From positions 17,595 to 53,573 of the forward strand of contig DBNY01000008.1 in assembly GCA_002299475.1 (NCBI GenBank): a DNA stretch of 35,979 nt. Reading direction: 5' to 3'. A program made the position numbers and the translations under genes. Below are positions 8,874-19,369 of this stretch, piece by piece. The notes below the pieces were generated by a model, which did not search any database, was not told where the DNA came from, and worked only from the letters and a program-made list of their open reading frames with translations. Position 1 is the stretch's first letter; each line of letters begins with the position of its first letter. Origin of the DNA: Bacillales bacterium UBA660. GTDB lineage: Bacteria; Bacillota_I; Bacilli_A; RF39; UBA660.

Positions 8874-10052
8874 ATGAAAGTTTTATCCATAAATGCAGGT
8901 AGTTCATCATTAAAATTTAGATTGTTTATGATGCCAGAAGAATTTGTTTTATGTTCTGGTGTATTTGAGCGTATTGGTTTAGATAATAGTTTTCTTACTA
9001 TCATTATTGACAATGAAAAAAAATGTAAAGATATTGCTGTAAAGTGTCATGAAGATGTAGTTAATATTTTAATCCAGGAGTTAATTAATTTTAGAGTAAT
9101 AAATAATATCAATGAAATTGAAGCAATTGGTCATAGAGTAGTTCATGGTGGTGATAAATATTCAAATGCTGTTGTTATTGATGATAATGTTTTAAACAAT
9201 GTTATGGAAATATCTTATTTAGCGCCTTTACATAATCCAGTTAACATTATTGGTATTAGAGCTTTTAATAAAGTATTACCTAATGTTAAAGCGGTTGCGG
9301 TATTTGATACAGCTTTCCATCAAACGATGGAAGAGACAGCATATATTTATCCTGTTCCTTATGAGTGGTATAAAGAATATGGAGTTAGAAAGTATGGTTT
9401 CCATGGAACAAGTCATAAATATATTGCTCGCCAAATTAGTGAAATCTTAAACAATCAAAATTTAAAAATTATTAGTTGTCATCTTGGCAATGGAGGTAGT
9501 TTATGCGCTATTAAAAATGGAGTTAGTGTTGATACAACCATGGGTTTTACGCCACTAGCAGGTATTGCTATGGGAACTAGAGCAGGTGATATAGATCCTT
9601 CAATAATACCATTTATAATGTCTCAAACGGGCATGAATATAGAGCAAATATTAGATGTTTTAAATAAGAAAAGTGGTCTTTTAGGAATTAGCGGTATAAG
9701 TAGTGATATGCGCGATATAGAAGAGGGTATTGAGAAGCAAAATAAAAGATGTAAATTAGCTTACAGTATTTATATTAGAAAAATAGTATCGTTTATATCT
9801 AGTTATAATACTTTATTAGGCGGGGCTGATGTAATTTGTTTTACGGCTGGAATTGGTGAGAATAGCATAGGGGTGAGAAAAGATATTATTGACATGCTAC
9901 AACCATTAGGTATATATTTAGATGAAGAAAAAAATAATATTAGAGGTGAGCAAACACTAATTTCAAATAATAATTCGAAAATAAAATGTTATATAATACC
10001 GACTAATGAGGAATTAATGATTGCCAAAGAAACATATGAATTGATGATGTAG
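8874..10052 (+). CDS. ackA: acetate kinase
   Basis: INAGSSSLKF, GHRVVHGG, LAPLHNP, FDTAFH, YGFHGTSH, HLGNG, FTAGIGEN, PTNEE. Confidence 0.99.
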   Translation: MKVLSINAGSSSLKFRLFMMPEEFVLCSGVFERIGLDNSFLTIIIDNEKKCKDIAVKCHEDVVNILIQELINFRVINNINEIEAIGHRVVHGGDKYSNAVVIDDNVLNNVMEISYLAPLHNPVNIIGIRAFNKVLPNVKAVAVFDTAFHQTMEETAYIYPVPYEWYKEYGVRKYGFHGTSHKYIARQISEILNNQNLKIISCHLGNGGSLCAIKNGVSVDTTMGFTPLAGIAMGTRAGDIDPSIIPFIMSQTGMNIEQILDVLNKKSGLLGISGISSDMRDIEEGIEKQNKRCKLAYSIYIRKIVSFISSYNTLLGGADVICFTAGIGENSIGVRKDIIDMLQPLGIYLDEEKNNIRGEQTLISNNNSKIKCYIIPTNEELMIAKETYELMM

Positions 10053-10063
10053 GGGATGATTTT

Positions 10064-11026
10064 ATGTATAAGAAAATATATAGTTTAATTAAAAAGTATA
10101 AAAATATTGTTATTGCAAGACATATTGGACCAGACCCAGATTGTCTTGCTTCTCAAGTTGCCTTAAGAAATATTATTAAAAGTAAATTTCCTAATAAAAA
10201 TGTATATGCAGTTGGTCATTCTGTATCTAAGTTTTATCATTTTGGTAAATTAGATAAAATAAGAGAAGAGATTCCCAAAGATTCGTTACTTATCGTAGTT
10301 GATACTCCAGATAAAGGTAGAGTTGATGGTGTAAATATTAGTGATTTTGCGTATAGCATTAAAATTGATCACCACCCTTTTATTGAAAAATTTTGCGATT
10401 TAGAATTTATTGATGAACAAGCTTCAAGTGTGTGCCAAATGATTATAGATTTATGTGATAATACTAGCCTTAGACTATCAAAAGCAGATGCTGAAATATT
10501 ATTTATGGGGATAGTGTCAGATACTAATAGATTCTTATATTATTATACTAGTGCTCATACTTTTGAAATAGTTGCTAAATTGATTAGAAAGTTAAAGATA
10601 AATACGGAAGAATTATATGCTAAATTATATGCACGACCTCTAAGTGAAGCAAGGCTACAAGGTTATATTGGAATGAATATGATTGTTACTGATAACAAAC
10701 TTGGATATATAAAAATTTCATCAGAAAAAATCAGTGAGTTTGGTGTTGATTCCGCTAGTGCTGGCAACATGATAAATGAATTTAATAATATTAAAGAAAT
10801 TATAGTTTGGATGACTTTTTCGCAAGACCCCAAAAACAATATTATTAGAGGCGCAATTAGGTCAAGAGGGCCGATTGTTAACGAAATAGCATCAAAATAT
10901 GGTGGCGGCGGGCATAAGTATGCCAGCGGGCTTCGTTTGGAAAACTGGGAGCAAGTTGATAATTTTATAGTGGATTTAGATAATCTTTGTAAAAAATATA
11001 TAGAAAATAATCCAGAAGTTAAATGA
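10064..11026 (+). CDS. nrnA: bifunctional oligoribonuclease/PAP phosphatase NrnA (DHH/DHHA1)
   Basis: RHIGPDPD, VVDT, KIDHH, GIVSDT, IRSRG, GGGGHKYASG. Confidence 0.92.
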   Translation: MYKKIYSLIKKYKNIVIARHIGPDPDCLASQVALRNIIKSKFPNKNVYAVGHSVSKFYHFGKLDKIREEIPKDSLLIVVDTPDKGRVDGVNISDFAYSIKIDHHPFIEKFCDLEFIDEQASSVCQMIIDLCDNTSLRLSKADAEILFMGIVSDTNRFLYYYTSAHTFEIVAKLIRKLKINTEELYAKLYARPLSEARLQGYIGMNMIVTDNKLGYIKISSEKISEFGVDSASAGNMINEFNNIKEIIVWMTFSQDPKNNIIRGAIRSRGPIVNEIASKYGGGGHKYASGLRLENWEQVDNFIVDLDNLCKKYIENNPEVK

Positions 11027-11106
11027 TATTTGAATTTTTCACCTTGGGTGAAGTTGCTTTTTTAATAATTTTTGATATAATATAATACATTGAAAGGTGA
11101 TTAATA

Positions 11107-11688
11107 ATGAAAATCAGTAATGTAGAACTAAAGGCCTGTGCAGTTCGAAGAAGTCAATATCCAGAAGATGGCAAACCTGAATTTCTACTAGTTGGAAGAA
11201 GTAATGTTGGTAAAAGTAGTTTTACAAATACATTAATAAACAGGAAAAACTATGCTCGTACATCTAGTTTTCCAGGGAAAACACAAACTTTAAATTTTTA
11301 TTTAGTTAATAATAATTTTTATTTAGTTGATGTTCCTGGATATGGATATGCGTCGGTAAATAAAAAACAACAAAAAAAGTTTGGAATGATGATTGAAGAA
11401 TATTTAGAAAAAAGAAAAGAATTAAAACATGTTTTCATGTTAATTGATTTTAGGCATAAACCTACTGAGAATGATATGTTAATGTATAATTTTTTAAAAT
11501 ATCATGAGCTTTCCGTAACAGTAGTTGCTACTAAGGCGGATAAGGTAAGTATTAATTTACAGCCGAAGCAACGAAAAATGATATTAGATGAGTTAGATTT
11601 AGTTCTTGGTGATGAATTAGTAACATTTTCTAGTATAACTAAAATTGGTAAAGAAGAAGTCTTAGATAAAATTGAAAGAGCAATGTAA
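11107..11688 (+). CDS. engB: ribosome biogenesis GTP-binding protein YihA/YsxC/EngB
   Basis: GRSNVGKSS, ARTSSFPGKTQTLNFY, DVPGYGYA, TKADK. Confidence 0.97.
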   Translation: MKISNVELKACAVRRSQYPEDGKPEFLLVGRSNVGKSSFTNTLINRKNYARTSSFPGKTQTLNFYLVNNNFYLVDVPGYGYASVNKKQQKKFGMMIEEYLEKRKELKHVFMLIDFRHKPTENDMLMYNFLKYHELSVTVVATKADKVSINLQPKQRKMILDELDLVLGDELVTFSSITKIGKEEVLDKIERAM

Positions 11689-11701
11689 TTGTTCTTTTTT
11701 T
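11675..11701 (+). terminator. intrinsic terminator overlapping engB stop
   Basis: AAAGAGCAAT-gta-ATTGTTCTTT followed by a T run. Confidence 0.6.
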
Positions 11702-11743
11702 AAACAATGATTTATTAATACATACAATATCCTAGGTGATAGT

Positions 11744-12220
11744 ATGAGAGTGAAAAAGGACGGCAATAAAATAATATTATTTATTAATAAATATTTTATT
11801 AAAAATGTATGTTTTAAGGATATTAAAGTAGTAGAGGATTATTTTAGAAAAATAATACTAATACTAAGAAAGCATTATAATATAAAATTAGAAGGCGAAT
11901 ATGAGATTTTAATTTATAGCAATAATGTGTATGGTATTATTATAGAATTATTTAAAGTAAGAGAAAATAAAAAAATTAATAACATTATTGATATGAAGAT
12001 GATGTTTAACATTAATAGTACTTTTATTTATGCTGTAAATGATTATGATTATATGAACAATTTAGGAGATAATATTGATAAATATTACTATAAAAACAAA
12101 TATTATTGCACTATTAATCAAGCGGATGATATTGATATGAGTAAATTTTTAGAATATAGTTATATTGTTTATGGCGATAAGGCGGTAAAAATACTGAGTA
12201 TGGCGCAAAAAATAAAATAA
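11744..12220 (+). CDS. divergent MecA/MecB (YpbH)-like ClpC adaptor protein
   Basis: By-eye similarity to the YpbH pattern: N-terminal KIILFI, IIDMKMMFNINSTFIY, KYYYKNKYYCTI, FLEYSYIVYGDKAVKIL; lies upstream of der, as ypbH does in B. subtilis. Confidence 0.55.
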   Translation: MRVKKDGNKIILFINKYFIKNVCFKDIKVVEDYFRKIILILRKHYNIKLEGEYEILIYSNNVYGIIIELFKVRENKKINNIIDMKMMFNINSTFIYAVNDYDYMNNLGDNIDKYYYKNKYYCTINQADDIDMSKFLEYSYIVYGDKAVKILSMAQKIK

Positions 12221-12481
12221 ATATTTATGCTAATAGGAATTGCAGATGTTACTTTTTTGAAAAATATAATGATTAAATGTTATTTTATAAAATATTTTAC
12301 TGTAATGGGAAGTAGTGTTTAAATGCTAGAAAAATCATAAAATAAGTACCATGTTAAAATATTTATTCATAATTTGATTATGGATAACGGCATAATAAAC
12401 TACCAAGTGTGGGTCATTAGTTCACAAGTAGAGGTATACATGATATAATATATTTTAATTTACAAGAAATGAGTGATTAGG

Positions 12482-13792
12482 ATGAAATTACCAATTATAG
12501 CATTAGTGGGGAAACCAAATGTTGGCAAATCAACTTTATTTAATCGTATTGTTGGCAAAAAAATATCTATAACAGAGGATATTCCTGGTATAACTAGAGA
12601 TAGAATATATGAACGTGCAAAATATAATAATTATATTTTTAATGTTATTGATACTGGCGGTATTGATGTAGGTAAAGAAAAGTTTAATGATGAAATTAGA
12701 ATTCAAGCTGAAATTGCTATTGAAGAAGCAGATATTGTTGTTTTTATAGTTGATGGTAAAGATGGTTTAACTTCTAATGATTATGTAATAAGAGATATAT
12801 TAAAAAAATCTGGCAAAAAAATAATTGTTGCTATCAATAAAGTTGATTCTAAACTTTCAACTGTTCATATATATGCTTTTTATGAATTAGGATTCGATGA
12901 ATATGTTCAAATTAGTGCAGAACATAATGTAGGTATTGGGGAGTTATTAGATACGGTGGTTAGTAATTTTAAAACAAAAGAACACGTAGAATATGATGAA
13001 AATGTAATAAAATTTTGTGTAATTGGAAGACCTAATGTAGGAAAAAGTAGTTTAATTAATGCTTTAATTAATGAAAAAAGAGTGATTGTAAGTAAGGAAG
13101 CAGGCACTACTAGAGATGCTATAGATACTCCATTTATTTTTCAAAAGCAACATTTTGTAGGAATTGATACGGCGGGCATTAGAAAAAGAGGAAAAATATT
13201 TGAAAATATTGAAAAATACAGTGTTTTAAGAGCTATGAAAGCGATTGAAAGAAGTGATATATGTTTAGTAGTTATAGATGGAAGTGAAGGTATTACCGAA
13301 CAAGATAAACATATTGCGGGATATGTTAAGGAAGCAGGAAGAGGCATTATTTTAGTTGTTAATAAATGGGATTTGGTAAAAGATAAATCAATTAAAGAAT
13401 TTGAAGAGGAAATACGTAATCATTTTGTTTTTGTATCATATGCGCCAATAGTCTTTTTATCTGCTCTTACAACTAAGAGAATACATACTTTAATGCCAGA
13501 AATAATTAGAATTAATGAAAATATTAGAAAAGAGATTAAAAATAGTTTAATTAATGAAGTTATAATAGATGCAGTAATGTTAACTGCGCCACCTTCTTAT
13601 AAAACCAGAAGATTAAAAATATTTAATGTTGAACAATCAGGTATCAAACCTCCTAAATTTACGTTATATGTAAACGATAAGGGTTTAGTTCATTTTTCAT
13701 ACGAGCGATATTTAGATAATAAAATTAGGGAAAACTTTAATTTTGAAGGAACGCCTATTATATTACAATTTAAAAACAGATCTGAATTATAA
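12482..13792 (+). CDS. der: ribosome biogenesis GTPase Der (EngA)
   Basis: Two G domains (GKPNVGKST/DTGG/NKVD and GRPNVGKSS/DTAG/NKWD) and KH-like C-terminus FEGTPI. Confidence 0.98.
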   Translation: MKLPIIALVGKPNVGKSTLFNRIVGKKISITEDIPGITRDRIYERAKYNNYIFNVIDTGGIDVGKEKFNDEIRIQAEIAIEEADIVVFIVDGKDGLTSNDYVIRDILKKSGKKIIVAINKVDSKLSTVHIYAFYELGFDEYVQISAEHNVGIGELLDTVVSNFKTKEHVEYDENVIKFCVIGRPNVGKSSLINALINEKRVIVSKEAGTTRDAIDTPFIFQKQHFVGIDTAGIRKRGKIFENIEKYSVLRAMKAIERSDICLVVIDGSEGITEQDKHIAGYVKEAGRGIILVVNKWDLVKDKSIKEFEEEIRNHFVFVSYAPIVFLSALTTKRIHTLMPEIIRINENIRKEIKNSLINEVIIDAVMLTAPPSYKTRRLKIFNVEQSGIKPPKFTLYVNDKGLVHFSYERYLDNKIRENFNFEGTPIILQFKNRSEL

Positions 13793-13793
13793 A

Positions 13794-13823
13794 CATAACC
13801 ATTTAAAAAAGATTACATATAAT
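13794..13823 (+). promoter_or_regulatory. putative sigma-E/sigma-K mother-cell promoter
   Basis: -10 CATATAAT (13816-13823) with AC 16 nt upstream (sigma-K-like) and ATA 18 nt upstream (sigma-E-like). Confidence 0.45.
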
Positions 13824-13842
13824 ATCACCAAGGGGGAAAAAT

Positions 13843-14094
13843 ATGTTTAACTTTGGTGATGAATTTTTTAAAAGGGTAGAACAAAAAACAAATGTTAATA
13901 AAGAAACTATTTTAGGATTAGCTAATAAATTGCAAAAAGGTAATTTAAGAGATGAAGGCACCCTTAGAGACCTTATTCATGAAATAGGTAATTTAACTGG
14001 TAATCCGGTGCCAAAGGATAAGGAAGATAAAATTATAACTGCTGTTTTAAATGATAATATTCCAACTAACTTAGATAAAATGTTAGATAACTAA
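13843..14094 (+). CDS. stage VI sporulation protein F (SpoVIF/YpzH)-family protein
   Basis: FFKRVEQKTNVNKETILGLANKLQKGNLRDEGTLRDLI...PVPKDKEDKII; between der and spoIVA as in Bacillus. Confidence 0.85.
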   Translation: MFNFGDEFFKRVEQKTNVNKETILGLANKLQKGNLRDEGTLRDLIHEIGNLTGNPVPKDKEDKIITAVLNDNIPTNLDKMLDN

Positions 14095-14108
14095 TAATTA
14101 AAAAACAC

Positions 14109-14137
14109 CATATTAATGTTGTTTTTTTTCATATAAT
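14109..14137 (+). promoter_or_regulatory. putative sigma-E promoter of spoIVA
   Basis: CATATT (14109-14114), 15-nt spacer, CATATAAT (14130-14137); spoIVA is sigma-E controlled in Bacillus. Confidence 0.6.
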
Positions 14138-14189
14138 TAATATATTTAGCATAATGTTTATTGAAATGATATATGAAAGTAGGGATTAT

Positions 14190-15665
14190 ATGGAAAAAAT
14201 AGATATCATTAGGAGTATTGCCGAAAGAACAAATGGGGATATTTACTTAGGGGTTGTTGGCGCTGTTAGAACAGGAAAATCAACATTTATAAAAAAATTT
14301 ATGGAGATTTTAGTTATTCCGAATATAGAAAATGAATATGAAAGAAAAAGAACGCTTGATGAAATTCCGCAAAGTGCCCAAGGTAAAACTATTATGACTA
14401 CAGAACCTAAATTCGTACCTAATAATGCTGCTAAAGTTATGATTGATGATTTTTTTGCGAATATAAGACTTGTTGATTGCGTTGGATATGTTATCCCTGG
14501 GGCTAAGGGATATGAAGATGAGAAAGGTCCTAGAATGGTTAGAACACCATGGTATGATGAAGAAATACCTTTTATAGAGGCGGCTGAAATTGGTACTGAA
14601 AAGGTAATTAGAGACCATTCAGTAATTGGGATAGTAGTAACTACTGACGGATCTATTGGGGAAATACCAAGAAATGATTATGTAGAAGCAGAAACAAGAG
14701 TTATAGGAGAATTAAAAGATATTGGAAAACCATTTATTGTATTATTAAATTCGGTTCATCCAATGCTACCAGAGACGGAGCATTTAGCTAACAATTTAAG
14801 GAAAGAACATGGCGTACCGGTATTGCCGGTTAGTATCGAAACCATGAATGAAAAAGATATATATAATATTTTAAAAGAAGCATTATATGAATTCCCAGTA
14901 TTAGAAGTAAAAGTAAATATGCCCGAATGGATTAGTGTGTTAAACCCAGATAATTATATTAAAAAAATGTATATTGATAAAATTAAAGAAAGTGTTACAG
15001 AAGTTAATAAATTAAGAGACATTGAAAATATAACTAAGCATTTCCTTGAAAACGAAGTAATTAGTAAGGCATATCTATCTAATGTTAATGCTTCAACTGG
15101 TGAAGTTACTATTAATTTACATGCACCTAATAATTTATATAATGAAGTATTAAAGGATATTATTGGCATTAATGTTACTAATAAAACAGAATTATTATCT
15201 TTATTTCAATCATATAATGAAGCGAAAAGAGAATATGATCAAATTAAATATGCCTTAAAGATGGTAAAACAAACAGGTTATGGTGTGGCATCTCCTACTT
15301 TGTCAGATATGAAATTAGACACACCAGAGATTATTAGACAGGGTTCTAGATATGGAATCAAATTAAAAGCAGTGGCTCCTAGTATACATATGATTAGAGT
15401 AGATGTAGAAAGCACCTTTGAACCTATAATAGGGTCAGAAATGCAAAGTAAAGATTTAATTAATTATTTAATGAGGGGCTATGAACAAAATGCTAATAAT
15501 ATATGGAAATCTGAAATATTTGGGAGAAGCTTAGATGTGATAGTTCAAGAAGGCATTCAAGCTAAAATTTTATTGATGCCAGAAAATATTAGATATAAAT
15601 TGCAAAGAACTCTTGGTAAAATTGTTAATAAGGGTTCGGGTAACCTAATAGCTATCATACTTTAA
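14190..15665 (+). CDS. spoIVA: stage IV sporulation protein A (coat morphogenetic ATPase)
   Basis: IAERTNGDIYLGVVGAVRTGKSTFIKKFM, TIMTTEPKFVP, LVDCVGY, GIVVTTDGSI, KAVAPSIHMIRVDV, LIAIIL end. Start ATG 14190 (track start 14154). Confidence 0.98.
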   Translation: MEKIDIIRSIAERTNGDIYLGVVGAVRTGKSTFIKKFMEILVIPNIENEYERKRTLDEIPQSAQGKTIMTTEPKFVPNNAAKVMIDDFFANIRLVDCVGYVIPGAKGYEDEKGPRMVRTPWYDEEIPFIEAAEIGTEKVIRDHSVIGIVVTTDGSIGEIPRNDYVEAETRVIGELKDIGKPFIVLLNSVHPMLPETEHLANNLRKEHGVPVLPVSIETMNEKDIYNILKEALYEFPVLEVKVNMPEWISVLNPDNYIKKMYIDKIKESVTEVNKLRDIENITKHFLENEVISKAYLSNVNASTGEVTINLHAPNNLYNEVLKDIIGINVTNKTELLSLFQSYNEAKREYDQIKYALKMVKQTGYGVASPTLSDMKLDTPEIIRQGSRYGIKLKAVAPSIHMIRVDVESTFEPIIGSEMQSKDLINYLMRGYEQNANNIWKSEIFGRSLDVIVQEGIQAKILLMPENIRYKLQRTLGKIVNKGSGNLIAIIL

Positions 15666-15694
15666 AAATAAAATACTTTGTAAAATTATATTTA

Positions 15695-15734
15695 AATAAA
15701 AGACATACGCAAAAAAGATAGTGTGTCTTTTATT
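15695..15734 (+). terminator. intrinsic terminator after spoIVA
   Basis: AATAAAAGACATAC...GTGTGTCTTTTATT inverted repeat. Confidence 0.7.
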
Positions 15735-15836
15735 GTTGGAATTAACTTAATAAATCTCTTGTGTAAAGTAATTATGAATAATTTAACATGTTAAATATTA
15801 TGTGATATAATGTCTAGGAGTTAGGATGGTGAAATT

Positions 15837-16400
15837 ATGGAAGAAATACATGCTGTAACTTTGCCTGATGAAAATGATTTGTATGTAGTTGTAATGACAG
15901 AAAGGATTTATAAAAAACTAAAGGCAATAAAAGATATTGTCGATGGTAGTAATGAGGTAGTAAATTTTCTATTATTTGGAGAGCGCAAATATAATGGTGT
16001 TATATGGCTCGATAATATATTATCATTAGTTGTAAGATGCAAAAAGCCTCAAAAGAGCATACGTGAGATAGATAGACATATAGTTAATCTTATTGATTCT
16101 TGCGAAAGAGGCGATTACGAATACAGTCTGACAAAACCAGTGGTCTGTATAGGTAGTACAACTGATGATTTTTATTTTAATTATTTTGAAGCATATAATG
16201 GAAAACTTAAGAAGTATTTTGTTTTTGCAAAAGATAAAATTGAGGTATTTGGATTATTAATGTGTGAAGTGAACGCAATAAGTCTGGTTAATGACAAATA
16301 TTTAGATGGTAAGAATTACAAGCAAAAGAATTGTGAATTATACGTAACCAATAATAAATATGATATCCAGTATGGCAAAGTAAAAATATTAAAGAAATAG
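15837..16400 (+). CDS. hypothetical protein, possibly degenerate MPN/JAB-like fold
   Basis: 187-aa ORF with its own extended -10 (TGATATAAT 15803-15811) and RBS-like GGATGGTG; fold guess is weak. Confidence 0.65.
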   Translation: MEEIHAVTLPDENDLYVVVMTERIYKKLKAIKDIVDGSNEVVNFLLFGERKYNGVIWLDNILSLVVRCKKPQKSIREIDRHIVNLIDSCERGDYEYSLTKPVVCIGSTTDDFYFNYFEAYNGKLKKYFVFAKDKIEVFGLLMCEVNAISLVNDKYLDGKNYKQKNCELYVTNNKYDIQYGKVKILKK

Positions 16401-16551
16401 TACTATACAGTAAAAATAGCAACAAATATAGTAATTTTAGAGTGTATTTTGTTATTTTTTTTTAAAAAGGCATTGATTTTATTGGAAAAAAGTGTTATTT
16501 TATATATGTAAGCATAGTTGCTTAATAGAAATAATATGGGAGGTAAATATT

Positions 16552-16824
16552 ATGACAAAAGCAGAATTAGTGGAATTAATGGCTAAGGAGGCTGAACTTA
16601 CTAAAGCAGATGCTACTCGTGCATTAGATGCATTTGTAGGTAGTATTACAAGTTCATTAAAAAAAGGGACAAAAGTAACTTTAGTAGGGTTTGGAACATT
16701 TGAATCTCGCAAGAGAAAAGCACGTACTGGACGCAATCCGCAGACTGGTGAAGCAGTTAAAATTGCTGCAAGAAACGTTGTTTCATTCAAAGCTGGAAGC
16801 AAATTAAAAGAAGCAGTTAACTAG
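16552..16824 (+). CDS. hup: DNA-binding protein HU
   Basis: MTKAELV...[34 protein letters not shown]; RBS GGGAGG places start at 16552. Confidence 0.98.
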   Translation: MTKAELVELMAKEAELTKADATRALDAFVGSITSSLKKGTKVTLVGFGTFESRKRKARTGRNPQTGEAVKIAARNVVSFKAGSKLKEAVN

Positions 16825-16851
16825 TAATTATAAAATATAATTTAAATTGTA

Positions 16852-16888
16852 AGATCTCAATCTGGGTATAAAGGATTGGGATTTTTTT
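16852..16888 (+). terminator. intrinsic terminator after hup
   Basis: TCTCAATCT...GGATTGGGA stem (with G-U pairs) followed by T7. Confidence 0.6.
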
Positions 16889-16961
16889 ATTTTCTTAGTA
16901 TCAGTTGTAATAACGCTTTTTAATTAATAAGAATAGTAGTATAATTTAATTGGGTGGTTAA

Positions 16962-18077
16962 ATGTTAGACATTATTAAAGAAGTATTAAATATATTTAGG
17001 AATAATAATTATGAAGCATATGTTATTGGTGGTTTTGTAAGGGATTATTATTTAGGGACTATAGCAGATGATATTGATATATCTACTAATGCCCATATAG
17101 AAGATGTTAAGAGATTATTTAATACAATAGTAAATATTGAAGAAAAATATGGCGCAATTACAGTTAATTATAAAAATATTAATATAGAAATAACCACGTT
17201 TAGAAAAGAGTTAGAATATGAAAATAGTAGAAAACCTATTAAAATTGAATATGTTAATAATCTCAAAGATGATTTGTTAAGAAGAGATTTTACTATTAAT
17301 ACTTTATATATGGATTATAATTTAAATATAATAGATATGTATAATGGAAGAGATGATATCAATCACAAAATAATTAAGTGCGTAGGAGATGCATTTATTA
17401 AAATTGAAGAAGATAGTTTGCGAATATTAAGAGCAATTAGATTTGCTACTATACTTTTTTTTAATATTGATAACAGATTAAAGAATGCTATAATAAAGCA
17501 TAAAGAATTATTAATAAAATTATCATATGAGAGGAAAAGGGAAGAATTAGATAAAATATTTAATAGTAAAAATATTAAATATGGAATTGACTTACTTTTA
17601 CAGTTAGAATTGCATAAAGAATTAGAATTGTGGAATTTAGATAATATAGTATTAATTCCAAATAATATGGCTATTTGGGCTCAACTTAATACTAATGATA
17701 AATATTTTACTAAACAAGAAAAAAGAAAGATAAAAATAATACGAACATTATTAAAAAGTGATATTACTAATAATTATATTTTATATAAATATGATTTAAG
17801 TTCTATTAAAATTATTTCAGAAATTAAGAATATTAATTTTGATATTATTCAAAAAAAATATAATGAATTACCAATTAAATCCAAAAAAGATATCAATATT
17901 ACCTTTAATGATTTAAAATTAATATTAAAAACAGACGAAAACAAATTGGTGCGATTAGTATATGAAAACATTGAAAAAGCAATTATAGAAAATAAAGTAG
18001 AAAATAAAGTTTCCAATATTAAAAACTACGCAATAAAAGAATATAGAAATGAAGAGGTGAATTACTATGAAAACTAA
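16962..18077 (+). CDS. cca: CCA tRNA nucleotidyltransferase
   Basis: GGFVRD, DIDI, EITTFR, RRDFTIN, EDSLRILRAIRF, ERKREEL. Confidence 0.92.
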   Translation: MLDIIKEVLNIFRNNNYEAYVIGGFVRDYYLGTIADDIDISTNAHIEDVKRLFNTIVNIEEKYGAITVNYKNINIEITTFRKELEYENSRKPIKIEYVNNLKDDLLRRDFTINTLYMDYNLNIIDMYNGRDDINHKIIKCVGDAFIKIEEDSLRILRAIRFATILFFNIDNRLKNAIIKHKELLIKLSYERKREELDKIFNSKNIKYGIDLLLQLELHKELELWNLDNIVLIPNNMAIWAQLNTNDKYFTKQEKRKIKIIRTLLKSDITNNYILYKYDLSSIKIISEIKNINFDIIQKKYNELPIKSKKDINITFNDLKLILKTDENKLVRLVYENIEKAIIENKVENKVSNIKNYAIKEYRNEEVNYYEN

Positions 18078-18729
18078 TAATTTGATAGATATTATAAAAG
18101 CAGGAAATATTACAGTAAGTAAAATATTATTAAAATATTATAAAAAATTAGGCATTTCTAGTGATGAATTTATTTTTATTGTTTACTTAATAAATGAAGG
18201 CAACAATATTAGTTTGAATATTGAAAAAATGGCTTTAGAAATGGGATTAAACAATAGTGATATATTATATTTAATTGAATCATTAAAGGATAAAAAAATG
18301 ATTAGCGTTATTGTTAATAAAAGTGATAAAAGAATGATTAATGAACATCTTAATTTTGATTTATTTTATGAAAAATTAACGTTACTGTTGATTGAATATA
18401 TTAATAGTAAAAAGGATAATAAAGATAATAGCCATATATTTGAAACGTTTGAAAAAGAATTTGGCAGAACTTTATCACCAATGGAATATGAGATAATAAA
18501 TACATGGATAGAAAGCAAGGTTAGTTCGGAACTAATATTACACGCATTAAAAGAAGCTATTTTTAATGGTGTTGCTAATCTTAGATATATTGATAAAATT
18601 ATATATGAATGGAATAAAAAAGGTTTTAAAAATATTAAGGATGTTGAAAAACATAATGTAAATAGAAAAGAAAAAAAAGAAAAGGTAGAAGTGTTTAGTT
18701 ATAATTGGTTAGAAGAAGATGGAGATTAA
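18067..18729 (+). CDS. dnaD: primosomal/replication protein DnaD
   Basis: LLKYYKKLGIS, FEKEFGRTLSPMEYE, ALKEA, LRYIDKIIYEW, YNWLE; dnaD-nth order. Confidence 0.93.
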   Translation: MKTNNLIDIIKAGNITVSKILLKYYKKLGISSDEFIFIVYLINEGNNISLNIEKMALEMGLNNSDILYLIESLKDKKMISVIVNKSDKRMINEHLNFDLFYEKLTLLLIEYINSKKDNKDNSHIFETFEKEFGRTLSPMEYEIINTWIESKVSSELILHALKEAIFNGVANLRYIDKIIYEWNKKGFKNIKDVEKHNVNRKEKKEKVEVFSYNWLEEDGD

Positions 18730-19369
18730 TAAAAAAATTAATATTTTATTAAGTGAACTAGATTATTTATTTCCAAACCCACTATGTGAACTGAATTATA
18801 GTCAAGATTATGAATTATTAATAGCTGTAGTTCTAAGTAGCCAAACAACAGATAAAAAAGTTAATTTAGTAACTAAGGAATTATTCAACAAGTATTCAAA
18901 TTTAGAAAGTTTAAAAACGGCTGAACTAGACGATTTAGAAAAAATTATAAAAATAATAGGTGCGTATCGTAGAAAAGCAATATTTATTAAAGGTATTGCT
19001 AATGAATTATATAATAAATATGATGGCATCGTGCCAAACAACAGAAAATTATTAGAATTGCTTCCTGGTGTAGGGAGGAAAACAACAAATGTAGTATTAA
19101 GTATATTATATCAAGAAGCATGTATAGCGGTTGACACTCATGTATCTAGAGTATCTAAAAGATTAGGTATAGTTAATGAAAAAGAGAGTGTAATAGCTAT
19201 TGAGAATAAACTAATGAATTTAATTGATAAGAAGAAATGGTCAAGAACTCACCAACAATTAGTACTATTTGGTAGATATTATTGTAAAGCCCGAAAACCG
19301 AAATGCTCAACGTGTAACCTTAAATATATATGTAAAAATTTTAAATTCTTAATAAAGTCAAATGTTTGA
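18719..19369 (+). CDS. nth: endonuclease III
   Basis: LLIAVVLSSQTTD, HhH LPGVGRKT, IAVDTHVSR, 4Fe-4S motif CKARKPKCSTCNLKYIC. Confidence 0.97.
   Translation: MEINKKINILLSELDYLFPNPLCELNYSQDYELLIAVVLSSQTTDKKVNLVTKELFNKYSNLESLKTAELDDLEKIIKIIGAYRRKAIFIKGIANELYNKYDGIVPNNRKLLELLPGVGRKTTNVVLSILYQEACIAVDTHVSRVSKRLGIVNEKESVIAIENKLMNLIDKKKWSRTHQQLVLFGRYYCKARKPKCSTCNLKYICKNFKFLIKSNV

Noticed and set aside
12221-12472. Gap before der as a cmk remnant or riboswitch
   Set aside because: No recognisable motif other than the extended -10 at 12441
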